Origin: Raja brachyura | Lineage: Eukaryota | Assembly: GCA_963514005.1 (NCBI GenBank) | Contig: OY740786.1 | Coordinates: 87,606,001 to 87,670,000, forward strand | Direction of reading: 5' to 3' | DNA: 64,000 nt | Shown: in pieces, positions 49,750 through 61,554 of the stretch | Position numbering within the stretch: the stretch's first letter is position 1 | Layout of the letters: the number at the start of each line of letters is the position of its first letter | Translations under genes and position numbers: made by a program | Notes under the pieces: generated by a model | What the model was told of the DNA's origin: nothing | The model's input: only the letters and a program-made list of their open reading frames with translations | Database searches by the model: none

Positions 49750-50370
49750 CTAGTTTTCGACTCCGCTAGCCTGGGAAATAAAGAATGTGACCATCCATCT
49801 GAACCATGCTGCTCATGATTTTATGAACCGCCACAAGGTCACGGCTCAGCCTCATTTGCTCATGGGAAAATAGTCCCTCCTTATTACAGTCCAGTCCCTC
49901 CTTATTACCCAAGCCCTCCAATTCCAGCAGCACCCTTGTGAATCTGTTCAGCACCCTCCCTAGCTTAATCACATCCGTCCTAAAGAATGGTGACCACAAC
50001 TGCACACAATATTCCAGGTGCGGTCTCACCATTGACTTGTAAACCTGTAAAATAATGTCCCGACTTTAGTTGCCATTCAGAGATACAAGGAATTGCAGAT
50101 GCTGTTTTCCAAAAATGACACAATGTTCAGGAGTAATTCAGCAGATCAGGCAACAGCTCTGCAGAACATGGATAGGTGATGTTTTGGATCAGGACCCATT
50201 TGATTACTTCAATCACTCCTTATTCTTAGCTACCTGTGTCGCCACATTCAGGGAACTATGAGCTTTATCCCCTAAGTCCCTCTGTTCTACGACACTCCCC
50301 AGGACCCTGTCATTTAGTGTGTATGTCTTGCCCAAGGTCATCTTCTCAAAATCCATCACTTCACACTCAT
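49750..50370 (-). mobile_element. decayed CR1 fragment
   Basis: ORFs with VRPHLEYCVQLWSP and VEQRDLG. Confidence 0.8.
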
Positions 50371-50824
50371 CGAAGATAGATTCCAAAATCCCAAGGGTGC
50401 TCGGAAGGTACAGGAATAAGAACATAAAATGTAACCAGTATAATTGATCTTATGATCTTCCGGATAATTGTTCTCATTTATTGTTCTGTCCAATGCTGTA
50501 TTCTTTTTATATTTTTACTGTGAGAAAGTCCTTTTTTTGGGAAAGGTATACAGTTAAGCAGGTAAATTATTGCTTCAAATTTGATACCTAATCTACTGGA
50601 GAGATTTTTTAAAACAATGCTGAAAGATGCAGATAAATTGAGGCAAATATGTTATTTTGGTACAATTATAAATTCTGCAATCAGTTGTGGACTAAAAGTC
50701 AAATGTTAAATAGTGGAGCAGACAGTCTAGAGTTAACTATATTAAACAAAGGAGATGTTGGAAATATAAAATATAAATAAATTTAAGAAGGAACCTGATA
50801 GGACTTTTTTTTTAAATAACAAAT

Positions 50825-51585
50825 GGGCGGCACAGTGGTGCAGCAGTAGAGTTGCTGCCTTACAGTGCCAGAGACCCGGGTTCCATCCCGACTGCGGGTG
50901 CCGTCTGAACGTTGTTTATACGTTCTCCTTGTGACCATGTGGGTTTTCTCCAAGTGCTCCGGTTTCCCCCACACTCCAAAGACATACAGGTTTACCGCCT
51001 GAACCAACCTGATCTCCCGGTTGCTGGACACTTTAATTCTCTTTCCCATTCGGTCTCCTCCATTGTCAAATTGAGGCTAAACACAAATTGGAGGAACAGC
51101 ATCTCATATTTTGCTTGGGCAGCTTACAGCCCAGTGGTATGAATATTGATTTCTCTCACTAGGTCGCCCTGGCATTCCCTCTCTCTCTATCCCTCCCCCA
51201 CCTAAGTCACACTAGCTTCTCATTTTCACCCTACAAACAGCTTACAAAGGCCTGTTTCCTTTATCATCGTTATATTTTTGCATATCTTTCATTCATTGTT
51301 TAATTCTCCACATCATCGTCTATATCTCTTGTTTCCCTTATCCCTACCCTAACCAGTCTGAACCGAAAGGTTACCCATTCCTTCTCTCCAGAGATGCTGC
51401 CTGTCCCACTGAGTTACTCCGGCTTTTTGTGTCGATCTTTGATTTATAGGTTAGTTGGCTTTGCTAAAAAAAAACGTTATCCCTACTGTGTAGGATAGTA
51501 TTAGCGTACAGGGTGATCATTGGTCGGCGTGGAGTTGGCAGGCTGAGGGATTTGTTTCAATGCTGTCTGTCTAAAGTCTAAAGTG
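50825..51585 (+). mobile_element. V-SINE (50825-50992 plus 51445-51585) split by a Penelope-like element 3' end (50993-51440)
   Basis: The insert encodes PDLPVAGHFNS..KLEEQHLIFCLGSLQPSGMNIDFS (GIY-YIG C-terminus of Penelope-like elements) and ends in the gagatgctgcctg..ctgagttactcc unit. Confidence 0.8.
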
Positions 51586-51639
51586 CAAGTGAAGAATTTT
51601 AAAAATATAGAATATGGGCATAGAGAAATATGTGTATAA

Positions 51640-52100
51640 CCATATACCCATATAACAATTACAGCACGGAAACATGCCTTCTCGGCCCTTCCAGTCCGTG
51701 CCGACCATTTATTTTCCCCTAGTCCTATCTGCCTGCACTTAGACCATACCCCTCCATTCCCTTCCCGTCCATATACCTATCCACTTTACTTTTAAATGTT
51801 AAAATCGATCCTGCCTCCACCACTTCTGCTGGAAGCTCATTCCACACAGCCACCACTCTCTGAGTAAAGAAGTTCACCCTCATGTTACCCCTAAACTTCT
51901 GTCCCTTAATTCTCATGTCATGCCCTCTTGTTTGAATCATCCCTACCCTCAATGGGAAAAGATTATCCACGTGAACTCTGTCTATCCCTTTCATCATTTT
52001 AAAGACCTCAATCAAGTCCCCCCTTAACCTTCTGCGCTCCAAAGAATAAAGACCTAACTTGTTCAACCTTTCTCTGTAACTTCAACCTTTCTCTGTAAGG
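51640..52100 (-). mobile_element. CR1 3' fragment
   Basis: LGLYSLERRRLRGDLIEVFK..TRGH..FFTQRVV. Confidence 0.88.
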
Positions 52101-52899
52101 TATGCTTATATCATCTTTGAGAAAAGATAGTGAAAATACAAAAGGCGCCAAATGAGTCAGATTCCTATTTCCCACGGCTGCCCACTTGGAATTGCACAAC
52201 TTTGGGAATCTTTGCCAATGAAATCCGCACATCAATAAAGCAATTAAGAAGAAAAAGATCCAGTCATAGAATGAGGCATTTGTAAAATATCTAAATTGCC
52301 CTCAAACCTGTTTGCTGTGTATGGACAGGATCATCTGAAGCAATACCAAAAATGCTGGAAACATTTCTGAAGAAGGGTATGGCATATCCTTCACCAGAAC
52401 TGTCTTTGACCTGAAATGTGAAACTCCGTTTCTCAACCCACGCTGCTGCTTGATCTGATGAGTGCTTTGTATTTCAGTTTTCCAACACCTGTGGAATATT
52501 TGCTCCCATTAAACAGTCTGTTTCACCGGCACTTAGTAGAGATACCAAAATCAAATATCTTGATCAAAGTCCAAAGCAAATGCCTGCCTTTTGTTCATTC
52601 TCACCATTAGATATGCCAATGTAAAAATAACCACTTATTTTCCAGCATTTTCATCAGTTACAAGATGAAACAAGCATGTAAATTCCAGCTCGGTTTTCAA
52701 TTTATTTAGCTCCTAAATGATAATTTGTTTTAATTTAATTTGAGACAGCTCAACTTTGTACCAAAGAATATAATTTAAAACATTGTAATCAAAAGTAAAG
52801 AATGGGCTGGTTATTGGTCTTGGAAAACGCTTTGAGCGAGTTACTTTATTACTACATTTGTTCTTGTTAAGACTGAATTGGAATCTTTTCCTCGACATT

Positions 52900-55800
52900 G
52901 ATGGCGGGGGTGGGGGGGGGAGGGGGTGGGTGACAAATTGGGAGTATAAAGATGGAGTTGAAGGGGAAGTGAGTACAGGAAAAGTTACAAAAGACTCCCA
53001 AATTAATGGGAAGGAAAGTTCGAGAAGGGATAACAGAGTAAGGTCAGGGCCAATAGTGACCGGTGTGAGAGGGGAGGTGAATACCGAGGTCAAAGTGTTG
53101 TATATGAATGCACGAAGTATAATAAATAAAGTGGATGAGCATGAGGCTCAGTTAGAAATCGGCAAGTATGATGTTGTAGGAATTACAGAGACATGGCTGC
53201 AAGAGGACCAGGGCTGGGAACTGAATATTCAGGGGTATACCTCCTATTGAAAAGACAGACAGGTGGGCAGAGGTGGTGGTGTAGCTCTGTTGGTGAGGAA
53301 TGAAATTCAATCCCTTGCAAGGGGTGACATAGAATCAGGAGATGTAGAGTCAGTATGGATCGAACTAAGGAATTGTAAGGGTAAAAAGACCATAATTGGA
53401 CTTATCTACAGGCCCCCAAATAGTAGCCTGGATATAGGGTGTAAGTTGAATAGATTGCAACATGCAGGTAGAATGGGAAAATCAGGTTGGTTCTGGACCA
53501 CAAGAAAGCGAGTTTGTGGAGTGCCTCCGAGATGGATTCTTAGAGCAGCTTGTATTGGAGCCTACCAGGGAGAAGGCAATTCTGGATTTAGTGTTGTGTA
53601 ATGAACCAGATTTTATAAGGGAACTCAAGATAAAGGAGTCATTAGGAGGTAGTGACTTCCTATATGATAAGTTTTAATCTACAATCTGAGGGAGAAGGGA
53701 AAATCGGAAGTGTCAGTATTATAGTTGAGCAAAGGGGACTATGGTGGCATGAGTAAGAAGCTGGCCAAAGTTGACTGGAAAGAGACCCTAGCAGGGATGA
53801 CAGTGGAACAACAATGGCAGGTATTTCTGGGAACAATACAGAAGGTGCAGGATTAGTTCATCCCAAAGAGGAAGAAAGATTCTAAGGGAAGCAAGAGGCG
53901 ACCATGGCTGACAAGGGAAGTTAAGGACAGTGTAAAAATAAACGACAAGAAGTATAACATAGCAAAGATGAGCAGGAAGCCAGAGGATGAGGAAACTTTT
54001 AGAGAAACAGAAGATAACTAAAAAGGCAATACGGGGAGAAAAGATGAGGTATGAAGGTAAGCTAGCCAAGAATATAAAAGAGGATAGTAAAAGCTTCTTT
54101 AGGTATGTGATAAGGAAAAAAATAGTAAAGACAAATGTGGGTTCCATGAAGACAGAAACAGGTTAAATTATTATGGGGAACAAGGAAATGGCAGACGAGT
54201 TGAACAGGTACTTTGGATCTGTCTTCACTAAGGAAGACACAAACAATCTCCCAGATGTAATAGTGGCCAGAGGACCTAGGGTGACAGAGGAACTGAGGTA
54301 AATCCACATTAGGCAGGAAATGGTGTTGGGTAGACTGATGGGACTGAAGGTTGATAAATTCCCAGGGCCTGATGGTCTGCATCCCAGGGTACTTAAGGAC
54401 GTGGCTCTAGAAATCGTGGATGCATTGGTGATCATTTTCCAATGTTCTATAGATTCAGGATCAGTTCCTGTTGATTGGAGGGTAGCTAATGTTATCCCAC
54501 TTTTTAAGAAAGGTGGAAGAGAGAAAACAGGGAATTATAGACCAGTTAGCCTGACATTGGTGGTGGGGAAGATGCTGGAGTCAATTATAAAATATGAAAT
54601 AATGGATTCATTTGGATAGCAGTAACAGGAGCAGTCTGAGTCAGCATGGATTTATGAAGGGGAAATCGTGATTGACTAATCTTCTGGAATATTTTGAGGA
54701 TGTAACTAGGAAAATGGACAAGGGAAAGCCAGTGGATGTAGTGTACCTGGACTTTCAGAAAGCATTTGATAAAGTCCCACATAGGAGATTAGTGAGCATA
54801 ATTGTGGCACATGTTATTGGGGGTGGGGTACTGACAGAGAGAGAAAATTGGTTGGCAGACAGGAAACAATGAGTAGGGATTAACGGGTCCTTTTCAGAAT
54901 GGCAGGCAGTGACTAGTGGGGTACTGCAAGGCTCGGTACTGGTGCCGCAGCTATTTATTACATACATTAATGATTTAGATGAAAGGATTAAAAGTAACAT
55001 TAGCAAATTTGCAGATGATACAAAGCTGGGTGGCAGTGTGAAGTATGAGGAGGATGCTATGAGAATGCAGGGTGACTTGGGCAGGTTAGATGAGGGGGCA
55101 GATGCATGGCAGATGCAGTTTAATGTGGATAAATGTGAGGTTATCCACTTTGGTGGCAGAAACAGGAAGGCAGATTATTATCTGAATTGTGTCAAGTTGG
55201 GAAAAGGGAAAGTACAACGAGATCTGGGGGTCCTTGTTCATCTGTCACTGAAAGTAAGCATGCAGGTACACAGGCAGTGAAGAAAGCTAATGGCATGTTG
55301 GCCTTCATAACAAGGGCAGTTGAGTATAGGAGCAAAGAGGTCCTTCTGCAGTTGTACAGGGCGCTAGTGAGACCACACCTGGAGTATTGTGTGCAGTTTT
55401 GGTGGAAAGACATTCTTGCTATTGAGGTAGTGCAGCGTAGGTTCACAAGGTTAATTCCCGGGATGGCGGGACTGTCATATGTTGATAGAATGGAGCGGCT
55501 GGGCTTATATACTCTGGAATTTAGAAGGATGAGAGGGGATCTTATTGAAACATATAAGATTATTAAGGGATTGGACACGCTAGAGGCAGGAAACATGTTC
55601 CCGATGTTGGGGGAATCCAGAACCAGGGGCCACAGATTAAGAATTAGGGGTAGGCCATTTAGAACGGAGATGAGGAAAACCTTTTCAACCAGAGTGTTGA
55701 ATCTATGGAATTCTCTGCCTCAGATGGCAGTGCTGGCCAATTCTCTGGATGCTTTCAAGGGAGAGTTAGTTAGCGGAGTCAGGGGATATGGTGAGACGGC

Positions 55801-55900
55801 AGGAACGGGGTACTGATTGTGCATGATCAGCCATGATCATATTGAATGGCGGTGCTGGCTTGAAGGGCCGAATGGCCTACTCCTGCACCTATTGTCTATT
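52900..55900 (+). mobile_element. CR1 LINE ORF2 (APE and RT), many stops and frameshifts
   Basis: NARSI, GITETW, GPDGLHPRVLK, YLDFQKAFDKVPH, FADDTK, RPHLEYC; tail at ~55890. Confidence 0.93.
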
Positions 55901-56239
55901 GATAAAGTGTTAAATAGGAATGATCAATTCCAATCAAATATTTCCACTTGTTTCCAATCTCTTTAAACTGTGTTTCGTGTTGGTTAATTCAACTATGCCA
56001 TGGACAATAAAGTTAGACAAAATAGTGCAGGAGGCAAAATAGCTCTCTTAAGAAAAGGAACTACTATAGAAATGTTTTACAGCTCTGCAATTGAAAATAA
56101 TGGCAGAGACAGACAAACAATAAAGGGTAAAATGTTCACTTCCAAAATTGAATTGGTTTTGTTTGGATCTAAGGTGAAATTATATTAAATCTCAAACTGA
56201 CCCCAGACGCTCTTGAACACATTCCCTGATCTTATCAGA

Positions 56240-56425
56240 GTTTAGTTTAGTTGAGCGATACAGCACAGAAACAGGCCTTTCGGCCCATTTCTGCTGACCA
56301 TGCTGACCAGCAATCCCCACACAATAACACTATCCTACACACACATGGGGCAATTTACAATTTTGCCAAGTCAATTATCCTACAAATCTGTATGTCTTTG
56401 GAGTGTGGGAGGATACTGGAGCACT
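56240..56425 (-). mobile_element. V-SINE 3' part
   Basis: Reverse copy of the SINE tail. Confidence 0.7.
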
Positions 56426-56429
56426 CCCC

Positions 56430-57470
56430 GCTGCTAATCTAATTTAAACCCATCTGTGAGGCACTAGCAAACTTGCCTGCCAGGATATTTGTGAATCAGT
56501 CTGAAGAAGGGTCTCGACCCGAAACGTCGCCTATCTCCTTCGCTCCTTAGATGCTGCTGCACCCGCTGAGTTTCTCCAGCTTTTTGTGTAACCCCCTGCC
56601 AGGATATTTGTTCCTTTCCAGTTCAGGTGCAATCCATCCCTCTTGTACAGGTCACCTCTGCCCCAGAAGGGATCCCAACGGTCCAAAAAAATACAGTCCC
56701 TGCCCCTTGCACCAACTCCTTGGCCATGCATTCATCTGTCCTATCTTCCTGTGGCACCAGGAGTAATTCCTCCATGTGGTACCAGGGGTAATCCAGAGGT
56801 CACTACCTGGGAAGTTCTGCTTTCCACCCTTTTGGCTAACTCCCAATATTCATTTGCAGAACATCATCCCTTTTCCTACCAATGTCATTTACGCCAACAT
56901 GCACAATGACTTCTTTGTTGCTCACCTCCTCTTTGTGAATGCCTCCGATACATCCTGGACTATAGCACCAGGGAGGTAGCGCACCATCATGGCGTATCAG
57001 TTGCTGCCACTGAACCTCCTGACTGCCTCCTTAACTATTGAGTCTCCTACCACTGTTGCTCTGCCTGACATTACCCTTCCCCACTATGTCTCAGAGCCCG
57101 TCTCATTACCACAGACCCAACTGCTACTGCTTCTCAGCCCTAACGGGTCATCCCTTTCAAGACTATCTGAAAGGGTATACCTGTTTTTGAAGCAGAATGT
57201 CCAGAGGGATCACCTGAACTCTCTGCCTACTCCCATTCCTCGTGGTCACCCACCTACTCTCTTCCTATACTTTAGATACGACCATGGTCTAACTTAGTTC
57301 TATGGAGCTCTCATTCTCCTGGACAATCCTGAGGTTGTCCAGCCACAGCTCCTGTTCCCCGATGAGGCCTGTAAAGAGCTACATCTGTACACAATCTCCA
57401 CAAGTTTAGTCAACAGGAACACCAACAGTTTCCCTAAATTCCCACATCCTGCAGGAGGAACATTGCACAA
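56430..57470 (-). mobile_element. old CR1 ORF1 (esterase) fragment
   Basis: WDPFWGRGDLYKRDGLHLNWKGTNILAG (SGNH DGLH motif); collinear with 42990-43900. Confidence 0.75.
56493..56594 (+). ncRNA. ~100-bp Penelope-derived unit with a minimal hammerhead-ribozyme core
   Basis: CTGAAGA (56501), stem II gggtc/gaccc, GAAAC GTC (56521-56528); flanked by a 17-bp direct repeat. Confidence 0.6.
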
Positions 57471-57599
57471 TTTTACCTGTCATCTCTGCTGCACTAAAAC
57501 CAACAGAAAATAAAGTCAAACAGTCCTAATCATAGTTCCTAATCATATCCTAGCTTCAGTTTCTAATCATATCCTATAAGTGCAGTAGGTTAATTTGGT

Positions 57600-58195
57600 T
57601 TCCGTAGAATCGAGTCATACAGCATGGAAACAGGCCATTCAGCCCATCTTGCCTATGCCGACCAAGGCGCCCCAACTACATTAGTCCCACTTGCCCATGT
57701 TTGACCCATATCTCTCTAAACCTTAGATACACAAAAAACCAGAGTAAGTCAACGGGACAGGCAGCATCTCTGGATTGAAGGAATGGATGATGTTTCGGGT
57801 CGAGACCCTTCTTCAGAATGCACTGCGAAATCTCACCCTACACACATTATCTCTAAACCTTTTCTATCCATGTACCTGTTCAAATGTCTTTTAAATGCTG
57901 TTATGGTTTCTGCCTCAATTACCTCCTCTGGCAACTCATTCCATATACCCACCACCTCTGTGTGAAAAATGTTCTCCTCAGATTCCCATTAATTCTTTAG
58001 TAATTCACCTTAAACCTATGTCCTCTGGTTCTTGATTCCCCTACTCTGGGTGAAAACTCTGTGCATCTACCCTATCTATTCCCCTCATTATCTTATACAC
58101 CTCTATAAGATCACCTCTCATCCCCCTACACTCTAAGGAGTACAGTCCTAGCCTGCCCAACCCCTCTCTGGAGCTCAGGCCCTCAAGTCCTGGCA
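57600..58195 (-). mobile_element. CR1 3' fragment with a Penelope-derived unit (~57725-57817)
   Basis: LGLYSLECRGMRGDLIEVYKIMRGIDRV and CR1 tail. Confidence 0.8.
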
Positions 58196-59049
58196 ACTGC
58201 GATTTACCCCTTGCTATGAAAAACAGGAGGAGGCTGTGGTTAATAATCAAGTGGGAGAGAATATGGAACTAGAAATAAGCGGGAGAATGGGATTGACCTA
58301 GGCTAGCAGAAACAACACACCAAATTGTAGGGAAATGAGAAATGGGTCAATATCAAGGCTCAAGAACCAATGGCCCGGGGCCTGGAAGCATCTTCTCTGA
58401 TAATCAAAGAAGGAATCAAGTATGATTGATCACCAATCATTTTCCATGCTTGTGAACCATTTTCCATGCTTGTGATGCCTCTGCATAAAATACATTAGTT
58501 AATAAACAAATTATGTTTTGAAATATAGAGAAAGGAGACGTTGTTTTCTCAAGTTCTTACCCTAGGCTTGCCTGATGCTGTTACTGCAAGTTATGAAAGA
58601 GTGAAGTTTTTGAACATGCAATAATGCTGGTCATTGTACATAGCTTTCATAACAAATACATAATGCCAACTCTGAGCTATTTCATTTCTCTACCCGGTGA
58701 CATATATTTAACCTAACGAGAGGCTAGGAGTGGACAAAGAAAAATCCAAAATCAGATGGTCTTAGCGGAGAGTTCATGTTGGAACTTTGGGAGTCAGGGT
58801 CATGCCCAGTATGCAGGTTCATCATAAGGTGATTGAGTGGGGGAAGACTGAGATGGCAACCACCAGAGTTGTCTGCCCAATATGGTTTCCATCATCCTCA
58901 TATCCTTATGAACAAGATCCACAGTACATTACCATGACATCTTTTTTTTGGTTTTGCATAACTTCTGTGGCCATATAATTCAAAGAGTTGTTGCATGAGG
59001 TACAGCACTTAATGACTAAAGGCATGGTGTCCTTAAGCCATGGGTTGCA

Positions 59050-59350
59050 TCCAGCTTCACTGCATCCCTCAGCCTATAATCCCGGACCTAGGAACATGCA
59101 TGTGAAAAACAGCATGTTTCAGGCAGAACGAAAGGTGCCTTTCACTGAATTGATCATCTTCCAACAGCAGTTGTTCTTTGTCTCAGTCTTGTGGCCCTGG
59201 GGAAAACCCCACTGAGCAGAGAGTTCAGTCTCACCCAACTGTTCAGGATAATCCTCCACCAGAACCTGCTTGCACATCTCTTTGGCAAAGGTTTTTCTTT
59301 CACTTACTATGTACCCAAAACTAAAGCCAGTTTCCAGCATCATACCTCAG
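59050..59350 (-). mobile_element. old Tx1-like LINE C-terminal remnant
   Basis: FAKEM..HKTETKNNCCWKMINSVK...SA resembles the recalled elasmobranch Tx1 ORF2 end. Confidence 0.45.
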
Positions 59351-59439
59351 CTACTGGGAATGACACAGGCATCTCCCTTTAAGTTATACAATAGTAGCCC
59401 CACTGCCTTCACCCCACTCCTTATAGGAGGTTATCAAAG

Positions 59440-59760
59440 TAGCGCTACTGTCTTGCAGCTCCAGAGAACCAAGTTCAAGCATGTACTTTGGTGCTGCCTA
59501 TGTGACGTTTGTGCACAGTCCCTGGTCCACATGGGCTTCCTCCCATGTTGCAAAGGTGTGTGGGTTGTTAGGTTAATTGGCCTAACTAAGTTGCCCCTTG
59601 TGCGTGGGTGAGTGGTAGAATCTGGGGAAGAGCAGAAGAGAATGTGGGGAGAAGAAGAAAATGGAGTTAATGTAGGATTAATGTAAAATGGGTGCTTGAT
59701 GGTTGGTGTGAACTCAATGGTCCGAAGAGCCCACTGCCACGCTGTATTTCTCTATGACTT
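59440..59760 (+). mobile_element. diverged V-SINE
   Basis: gggcttcctccc, ggttaattggc, gttgcccctt and a CR1-like tail tctctatgac. Confidence 0.6.
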
Positions 59761-61554
59761 TAAGCTGTGGATTAGAATTGTGAATCCACCGCTAATGACA
59801 CTTGGCTCGGGTTCTAGCTGTTAGGTCTGTACGAAGTCCATCCCACCAAGGATGGGAGTGACCCAGTGGAGGTTGCCCTAACACCAAGAGTCAGTTTTGT
59901 TATTTGGAATCACATATATGGAAAAACATACGTGGAGTGATTCAGTTACCTTTCTTTAAAAATATTGGTAAACCACAGCTTTAAAAAAAAAAACAGCTTC
60001 AATAATGTTTGGCTGGATACTAAATGACAAATTAATTTATTAAATTGATTTTCATGACTGACTATGATGGAGCAAAACCACCAGAGTTGTCTGCCCAATA
60101 TGGTTTCCATCACCCTCATATCTTTGAAGTTCTGCCATCATGCAATTACCCTGCTGCAGCTGAATTCTGCTGCCTCAAACGCAAGAAGAATAATCAACAG
60201 GAGAATTATTGATATTTCCAAGATTTCTCACTAGAAGCAGTAAGCTTTCCTAATCATGAATGTGGTAAGTCAGATCATTTTGTAAAGTAATTACATTTTG
60301 GGAAAGTAATCTTCAATGAGTCATCACCTTGGATATTGCTGTATGAAGTCTTTATATCTGAACATCACATTGATTATGATGTTAACTGTGATGAATGCCT
60401 CATTGTTTCTTAAATAGGATAAAATGCAGTGAAAGTAAGGGGCTACATTATTATGCAGAGCTAATACTCATTTATCTTAAATTAGTATCTCAAGATGCTG
60501 GAATTATTCCCCAGATATGAGCAATCCGAGAGTGACACTTCATCCATTATGAAGTAGTAGCTCTTGTTCCTAAGGAATAATTCCCATCTAATTTAGTACC
60601 TATTAATGTAGTGTGTCAGCAATGAAGACCTGACCTTATGATCTCTACCTCTCAAAACAAATTGTCAGGACTTCATAAATTGCATCTTTTATGTCTGCAA
60701 AGTTATAATTGGTGTCAACCATGTTGGGAGTAACAGAAGTCATTCAGAAATTCAATAAGCATCTATTATAACAAAGGAAGCAATAGAAGAATAATATAGT
60801 CCAATAAAAAATACACTTGACGCATTATTTGCAGGAAAAATAAAAATAAGATATATTAATTGACAAAGGAATACAGCCTGACCATTCGATTACAGAGTGT
60901 TAATGACAGTATGTATTAATATTGTGTTGCAGTGCGGGTTTAACTCTTTAACGGTATGGATCCCTGTGAAAACTGGGCTTCTGCAGCTTTGACCAACTGG
61001 TTAACACACATTGGAATCAATCACATTGCTGATATGGTGAAAAGTGAAGGTAAATAAATATTTAAATCATCAAGATTTCCAAATAAACATGATTTGTTAT
61101 TTTAGTAGAGTTAATACAGTGCATGTAAAGACTCAGTTGTATTCGATTATTATTCATTCAATGGTTGTATATTTATTTAAAGCTTCAAGAGGTTGCTACT
61201 TTATTTAAATCAGAATCACATACAAACAGTTCTTTGGTTATATATTTTTATACATGTGTGTAAATTAGTAAACCCTATGATTGTAATTATCATCTATTAC
61301 AATAAGTTATTTAACGTTACTCCTAAAATAGTTATTTTTCCTAATTCTTGCATTGTTACAAAGCAACTATACTTTGACCTGCTCAGTTGGCAAGTGCTCT
61401 ACTTAATATGAATTATCCCATACACACCTGAAAGTTCAAAGGTTTCAAAGGTCTTTTATTGTCATGTGAACCAATTAAGGTACAGTGATATACGTATTAC
61501 CATACAGCCATACCAAAAAAAGCATCAAGACACACAACTACATAAAAGTTAACA

